From Minisyncoccota bacterium (lineage in GTDB: Bacteria > Patescibacteriota > Minisyncoccia > Minisyncoccales > CG1-02-41-26): a stretch of 64,000 nt of DNA. The position numbers and the translations under genes are program-made. The notes beneath the pieces are model-generated. The model was given only the letters and a program-made list of their open reading frames with translations, ran no database searches and was not told where the DNA came from. Position 1 is the first letter of the stretch, and each line of letters starts with the position of its first letter. The stretch spans positions 8,788 through 72,787 of the forward strand of contig JAQULB010000003.1 of the NCBI GenBank assembly GCA_028718785.1, in the 5' to 3' direction. Below are positions 59,415-64,000 of this stretch, piece by piece.

Positions 59415-60356
59415 ATGCCCACAAAGTCGCCAACAATTATTATTGGCCACAAAAATCCCGACACGGACTCAGTCGCTTCTGTTTTAGCTTATTCAAATTT
59501 AAAAGCTAAGTTGGGTGAAAGCGTTGAACCAGCTGTTGCTGGCCCTCTTAACAATGAAACAAAATTCGTGTTGTCTTATTTAAACATTGAACCGCCAAAG
59601 CTTATTGAAAATTTAGAGCAAAAACAAGTTATCTTGCTTGATCATGGCGATCTTTCCCAAATAGCCACAGGAATTGATGCTGCTGAAATAATGGAAATTA
59701 TTGACCACCATAAAATTGGTGATATTCAAACCGAATCCCCAATTTTATATAGAGCAGAACCAGTGGGTAGTACCTGCACTATTTTAGCTAAATTGTTTAA
59801 GGAGGAGAGGCAAAGCATAGAAAAAAAGATAGCAGGACTTCTTTTAGCTGGAATTATCTCTGACACCTTATTCCTTAGCTCTCCAGCTACAACGGAATTA
59901 GACAAGAAAACCCTTCAAGAGCTTGCTGAAATTGCTGAAATTGAACCAAAAGAATTTGCCCAGAAAATGTTTGAGGCAAAATCAGATATTAGCTCTTTAA
60001 GTGTTAGAGACATTATTGGCGGTGATTACAAGGAATTTGAATGTCATGGCATTAAGTTTGGCGTTGGAGTTTTTGAAACCCTGTGCCCAGAAAAAGTAAG
60101 AGAGTTTGATAGCGAAATTTTTAAAGAATTATTGGAACTTAAAAAGGAAAACGCCATGGGGCTTATATTTTTTTTGCTTGTTGATATTCTTAAACAGGAA
60201 TCTTTTATGTACCTTGTAACAGATGAGGAAGCAGATTTATGTAAACAAAGTTTTTCTGGAGAAATAAAAAACAAGGTAATGTTTTTGCCAGGCGTGGTTT
60301 CAAGGAAAAAGCAAGTAATTCCTGTTTTAACCAACGCTTTAGCAAGAAGGTCTTAG
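59415..60356 (+). CDS. ppaC: DHH/DHHA2 phosphoesterase: family II (Mn-dependent) inorganic pyrophosphatase-like
   Basis: N-terminal IIIGHKNPDTDSVASVLAY. DHH motif MEIIDHHKIGD. LLLAGIISDTLFLSSPATTELDKKTLQELAEIA resembles PpaC [21 protein letters not shown]...ELAEIA. Size 313 aa. Confidence 0.65.
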   Translation: MPTKSPTIIIGHKNPDTDSVASVLAYSNLKAKLGESVEPAVAGPLNNETKFVLSYLNIEPPKLIENLEQKQVILLDHGDLSQIATGIDAAEIMEIIDHHKIGDIQTESPILYRAEPVGSTCTILAKLFKEERQSIEKKIAGLLLAGIISDTLFLSSPATTELDKKTLQELAEIAEIEPKEFAQKMFEAKSDISSLSVRDIIGGDYKEFECHGIKFGVGVFETLCPEKVREFDSEIFKELLELKKENAMGLIFFLLVDILKQESFMYLVTDEEADLCKQSFSGEIKNKVMFLPGVVSRKKQVIPVLTNALARRS

Positions 60357-60365
60357 AATTGAATT

Positions 60366-61150
60366 AAAGTTACACCGGTCTTACCGGTGTAACTTTGAGA
60401 ATTATGATTTTACGACAAGAACCATTTACTAACGAAGAAATTTACCATATTATTAATCGGGGAATTGACGACAATTTAATTTTTAAAGATACAAACGATT
60501 ATTACAGGGGGATTTTTTCTATTTATGAGTTTAACACTATTGATTTGATTAAGATCAGAGAACGTCGTCGGCAAAGAGAGGTTTTTAAAAAAGCTTGCAC
60601 TGGTAAGACCGGTGAAATTATTATTGAACCAGATAAAAGAAATAAGTTAGTAGAAGTATTGGCTTTTTGCTTGATGCCCAACCATTTTCACTTATTATTG
60701 AGGCAACTGAAAGATAATGGAGTAACTGATTTTATGAGAAAGGTTGGCACGGGATACAGCGGTTATTTTAATAGGAAATATGAAAGAAAGGGTCATGTTT
60801 TTCAAAATAAATTTATTGATGTACGAATTAAGGGTGACGACCAATTAAAAAATATTTTTGTTTATGTTCATACAAATCCGATAGCCATTATTGAGTCAAG
60901 CTGGAAAGAAGGAGGCATTGAAAACCTATCAAAAGCTAAAAATTTTGTTGAAAATTATAAGTGGTCAAGTTATCCAGATTATTTGGGGAATGGGAATTTT
61001 CCATCAGTGACGCAGAGAGACTTTATTTTAGAAGTTATGGGAGGTAGGGATGGCTGTAAAAATTTTGTTGATAATTGGGTGGAGCATAAAGCTGAAATTT
61101 TAGCGTAAAACCTACATACACTGGTAAGACCGGTGTAAACCGGTGTAAAT
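60366..61150 (+). mobile_element. IS200/IS605-like (or RAYT-like) element: Y1 HUH transposase gene flanked on both sides by the same ~19-bp hairpin
   Basis: Left AAAGTTACACCGGTCTTACCGGTGTAACTTT (60366-60396). Right ACACTGGTAAGACCGGTGT (61118-61136) followed by the tandem AAACCGGTGTAAAT. Confidence 0.6.
60404..61108 (+). CDS. IS200-like Y1 (HUH) tyrosine transposase
   Basis: CLMPNHFHLLLRQ (HUH motif) and GYSGYFNRKYERKGHVFQNKFIDVRI (catalytic Tyr region). ATG at 60404 preferred over the track TTG at 60395. Confidence 0.7.
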   Translation: MILRQEPFTNEEIYHIINRGIDDNLIFKDTNDYYRGIFSIYEFNTIDLIKIRERRRQREVFKKACTGKTGEIIIEPDKRNKLVEVLAFCLMPNHFHLLLRQLKDNGVTDFMRKVGTGYSGYFNRKYERKGHVFQNKFIDVRIKGDDQLKNIFVYVHTNPIAIIESSWKEGGIENLSKAKNFVENYKWSSYPDYLGNGNFPSVTQRDFILEVMGGRDGCKNFVDNWVEHKAEILA

Positions 61151-61153
61151 AAT

Positions 61154-62410
61154 ATGAAAATAGGGATTAAAAAACAATCAAAGACAAAAGTGGAAATTGA
61201 TTTTGAATTAAGCTGGGAGGAGTTTGAGGTATATTATCAAAAAGCTATCAATAAAATAAGCCAGGGAGTTTCTTTGGACGGTTTTAGGCAAGGCAAAGCG
61301 CCAAAAGATATTGTGGAACAAAAAGTGGGCGATTTTAAAATTTTAGAACAAGCCGGGGAAATTGCCTTGCAAGAAAACTATTTAAAGATTGTTAAAGAAA
61401 ATAATTTAGAAGTTATTGGTCCCCCTCAAATTGAAATTAAAAAATTAGCTAAAGATAATGAGTTTCAGGCGAAAATAAAATTAAGTATTTTGTCAGAGGT
61501 TGATTTGCCAGATTACCAAAAAATCGTTTCCAAAATTGAAAAGAAAAAATCAAAAGTTGAGGACCAAGAGATTGAAGAAACAATTAAGTGGATTCAAAAA
61601 TCTAGAGCCAATATGCAGGAAGTAGAAAAGGGGGCTGTTAATGGTAATTGGGTGGAAATTGAATATCAATCTCCGCAAATAGAAAATAACAAACTTCTTG
61701 AAGATAGTTTTATTTTAGGAGAGGCAAAATTAATTCCTGGTTTTGAACAAGCCATTGAGGGAATGAAAAAGGGGGAGGAAAAGGAGTTTTCCGCTGTATT
61801 TCCCAAAGATTATTACCACAAGGAGCTTTCAGAGAAAAAAGCAGATTTTAAATTAAAAATTAAAGCGGTAAAAACAATGGATTTGCCAGAGCTAAACGAC
61901 GATTTTGCTAAAACGCTTGGTAATTTTGAAAGCTTTGAAAAGTTAAAAGAAAATATAAAAGAGGGCTTGGGGCTTGAAAAAGAAAATCAAAGTAAAGAAA
62001 TTTGGAAAGACGATGTTTTAAAAGCAATTTCTGATGAAATAAAAGTGGAAATGCCTGAAATTTTAGTGTTGTCAGAAAAAGAAAGGATTATGCATCACCT
62101 TGAACACGAGGCCGAGCATTTAAAAATAAGTTTTGAAGATTATTTAAAAAGAATTCAAAAAACAAAAGAGCAAGTGGAAAACGAGGCAATGGAAAGGGCT
62201 ATTCAAGGGGTAAAAAATTATTTAATTTTAAAAGAAATTGGAAAGAAAGAATCTATAGAGGTTTTAGAAAAAGATATAGAGGAAGAAATTAACAAGATAT
62301 TAGCAAGTTATCCACAGACCAATTTCAAAGAAATTGATAAAGAAAGCGTAAAAAGTGTATTATATAATAATAAGGTGTTTTCAGCTTTGGAAAAATTTTG
62401 TGATAAGTAA
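61154..62410 (+). CDS. tig: Trigger factor
   Basis: 418 aa. N-terminal ribosome-binding region, central FKBP-like region ([49 protein letters not shown]) and C-terminal arm. Confidence 0.85.
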   Translation: MKIGIKKQSKTKVEIDFELSWEEFEVYYQKAINKISQGVSLDGFRQGKAPKDIVEQKVGDFKILEQAGEIALQENYLKIVKENNLEVIGPPQIEIKKLAKDNEFQAKIKLSILSEVDLPDYQKIVSKIEKKKSKVEDQEIEETIKWIQKSRANMQEVEKGAVNGNWVEIEYQSPQIENNKLLEDSFILGEAKLIPGFEQAIEGMKKGEEKEFSAVFPKDYYHKELSEKKADFKLKIKAVKTMDLPELNDDFAKTLGNFESFEKLKENIKEGLGLEKENQSKEIWKDDVLKAISDEIKVEMPEILVLSEKERIMHHLEHEAEHLKISFEDYLKRIQKTKEQVENEAMERAIQGVKNYLILKEIGKKESIEVLEKDIEEEINKILASYPQTNFKEIDKESVKSVLYNNKVFSALEKFCDK

Positions 62411-62414
62411 ATTT

Positions 62415-62996
62415 ATGCCGTTAATTCCAACAATAATTGAAAAATCTTCAAGGGGTGAAAGAGTCACCGACATATTTTCACGATTACTTGAAGAACGGAT
62501 TATATTTTTAGCTGGTCCAATTGATGATTATGTGGCCAATTTGATAATTGCGGAAATTTTGCTTTTAGCTTCAAAAGATTCTCAAAAAGATATTAAGTTA
62601 TATATTAATTCGCCAGGGGGTTCGGTAACAGCTGGTTTGGCAATTTATGACACAATGCAGTATATTTCTTGCGATGTTTCCACAATCTGTGTGGGCATGG
62701 CCGCTAGTATGGCTGCTGTGTTGTTGGCTGCTGGAGCTAAAGGAAAAAGATTTGTTTTGCCAAACTCTGAAATCTTGTTGCACCAGCCAATGGGAGGCAT
62801 TACAGGCCAGGCCTCGGAAATTGAAATTGGGGCAAAACAAATTTTAAAAATAAAAGCCAAGCTAAATCAAATTTTAGCCAACCATACAGGAAAGCCATTA
62901 AAAAATATAGAGAGCGACACTGACAGAGATTTTTATTTGTCAGCTGAAGAAGCAAAAAAATACGGAGTAGTTGACGAAGTTATTAACGGGAAGTAA
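62415..62996 (+). CDS. clpP: ATP-dependent Clp protease proteolytic subunit
   Basis: [26 protein letters not shown]...[16 protein letters not shown]...LLHQPMGG gives the Ser/His/Asp triad context. Start at the ATG at 62415. Confidence 0.9.
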   Translation: MPLIPTIIEKSSRGERVTDIFSRLLEERIIFLAGPIDDYVANLIIAEILLLASKDSQKDIKLYINSPGGSVTAGLAIYDTMQYISCDVSTICVGMAASMAAVLLAAGAKGKRFVLPNSEILLHQPMGGITGQASEIEIGAKQILKIKAKLNQILANHTGKPLKNIESDTDRDFYLSAEEAKKYGVVDEVINGK

Positions 62997-63000
62997 ATAA

Positions 63001-63190
63001 TCCGTTATTGAAAGCGAGCCGAAAGGCGAAGCTTGAAATTTAAGGAGGACTTACCCCGTGGAGTATAAATTTGCTCTGCAAATTTATATTTTAAATTTTT
63101 TACTAAAAATTTAAAATTACTCCACAGGGTGTAAGAACTCGTAAATTCACTCGCGACTAATCGTCGCTCATTCACTAACGATTTCTAACA
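63001..63190 (-). repeat. Nested-palindromic repeat family, copy 5 (full-length, inverted orientation)
   Basis: Reverse complement of the family: TCCGTTATTGAAAGCGAGCCG...GGCGAAGCTTGAAATTTAAGGAGGACTTACCCCGTGGAGTA...TACTCCACAGGGTGTAAGAACTCGTAAATTCACTCGCGACTAATCGTCGCTCATTCACTAACGATTTC. Confidence 0.75.
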
Positions 63191-64000
63191 TGAATTTTTT
63201 TAAAAAATTTAAGCCGCTAATTTTGATAGTGGGTGTTTTTGTTATTTGTTATTCAATTATTTGTTATGTTGCGGCTTTTTCTGACGCGCCTTCTGGCACT
63301 CCTCCGGCTTGCACGCCTGGTTATCCGGGGTGTGACGCGCCTTTGAATGTTGGCTTAACTGCGCAAACAAAAGCAGGCGACTTAACAGTTGGCAACTTTA
63401 CTGTTAGCGCTGGGAAAACCGCTTATTTGTCTACCACTAATGTTTATGGACCCTTAACCATTGATGTTACTAGCGGTAGTTTGTGTCTTGGTGGCGTTTG
63501 TAAAACATCTTGGGATCAAGTTGGTGGTTACTGGCAAGACGGGGGCAGTGGTAAAATTTATTACAATGGTGGCAATGTGGGCATTGGCACAGTAGCAGCG
63601 CCAGTTGCTAAATTAGAAGTTAATGGAGATATTAAAAGTAATTTATCTTATATAAAAAAATATACCTTACCAGTTGATGGTAATTGGTATAAGGTCGCCT
63701 CTGTGGGTGGAAGGTTCGGCAGGATTAAATATATGTATGATAATGCTTCAGCTAACAATCCAGCTATTTCAAGTGGCGAGATAGTTTTTATTAACGACAA
63801 ATATACTTTATACCAAAATCATTTTTCAGGTTTTTATAACGCTAACAATAATTTACAATTTGCCAGAAGCGGTAATTTTTCAGAAGCTGGAATAGTTTGG
63901 GTGAAAGCGAGCGGCACAAGCGCTGGCACTTTTTATATCACTGAAAATGAAAATGCAACAATAGCTCTTGATGGCACAAGTTTGGCTGATGTTCCCGCAG
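63190..64000 (+). CDS. Secreted or membrane-anchored protein (partial, runs off window end)
   Basis: ATG at 63190. MNFFKKFKPLILIVGVFVICYSIICYVAAF is a signal/TM segment, then a Gly/Thr-rich, beta-rich sequence. No stop before the window end. Confidence 0.5.
   Translation, partial: MNFFKKFKPLILIVGVFVICYSIICYVAAFSDAPSGTPPACTPGYPGCDAPLNVGLTAQTKAGDLTVGNFTVSAGKTAYLSTTNVYGPLTIDVTSGSLCLGGVCKTSWDQVGGYWQDGGSGKIYYNGGNVGIGTVAAPVAKLEVNGDIKSNLSYIKKYTLPVDGNWYKVASVGGRFGRIKYMYDNASANNPAISSGEIVFINDKYTLYQNHFSGFYNANNNLQFARSGNFSEAGIVWVKASGTSAGTFYITENENATIALDGTSLADVPA

Overview
The window has two parts. Bases 1 to about 43,500 are a moderately GC-rich accessory region that looks like one or two tandem integrated mobile elements. 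It carries a plasmid-style replication module (RepA-like initiator with an upstream 22-bp iteron array, a replication-relaxation-like protein, two TraD/VirD4-like ATPases) and a catalytic-domain tyrosine recombinase next to a 600-bp AT-rich junction. It is dense in conflict systems: a type I RM locus (hsdM, RelE/ParE toxin pair, hsdS, embedded HEPN-like ORF, hsdR), a DUF4062-like/NERD-SEC-C three-gene cluster, a Lamassu/DdmABC-like (ABC-3C) trio with overlapping start/stop codons, and a 693-aa HD dGTPase-like protein. It also carries a zinc-ribbon amidoligase plus Ntn-glutaminase pair, an orphan PurM-like gene, and a 1259-aa secreted LamG/SGNH/FN3/PG-binding protein. Its right edge falls inside a truncated comM/yifB gene. 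Bases from about 43,500 to 64,000 are an AT-rich, streamlined core region: nusA, yraN, tgt, cca, rpsO-NYN-pnp, dksA/traR-like, ppaC-like, tig, clpP and four tRNAs. A roughly 230-bp nested-palindromic repeat family fills nearly every intergenic gap there, with compensatory changes that preserve its stems, and there is an IS200-like Y1 transposase flanked by hairpins. Short GC-rich repeats also sit in-frame inside tgt. No CRISPR array or phage structural genes were found. All calls rest on motif-level reading of the supplied translations and sequence, not on database searches.
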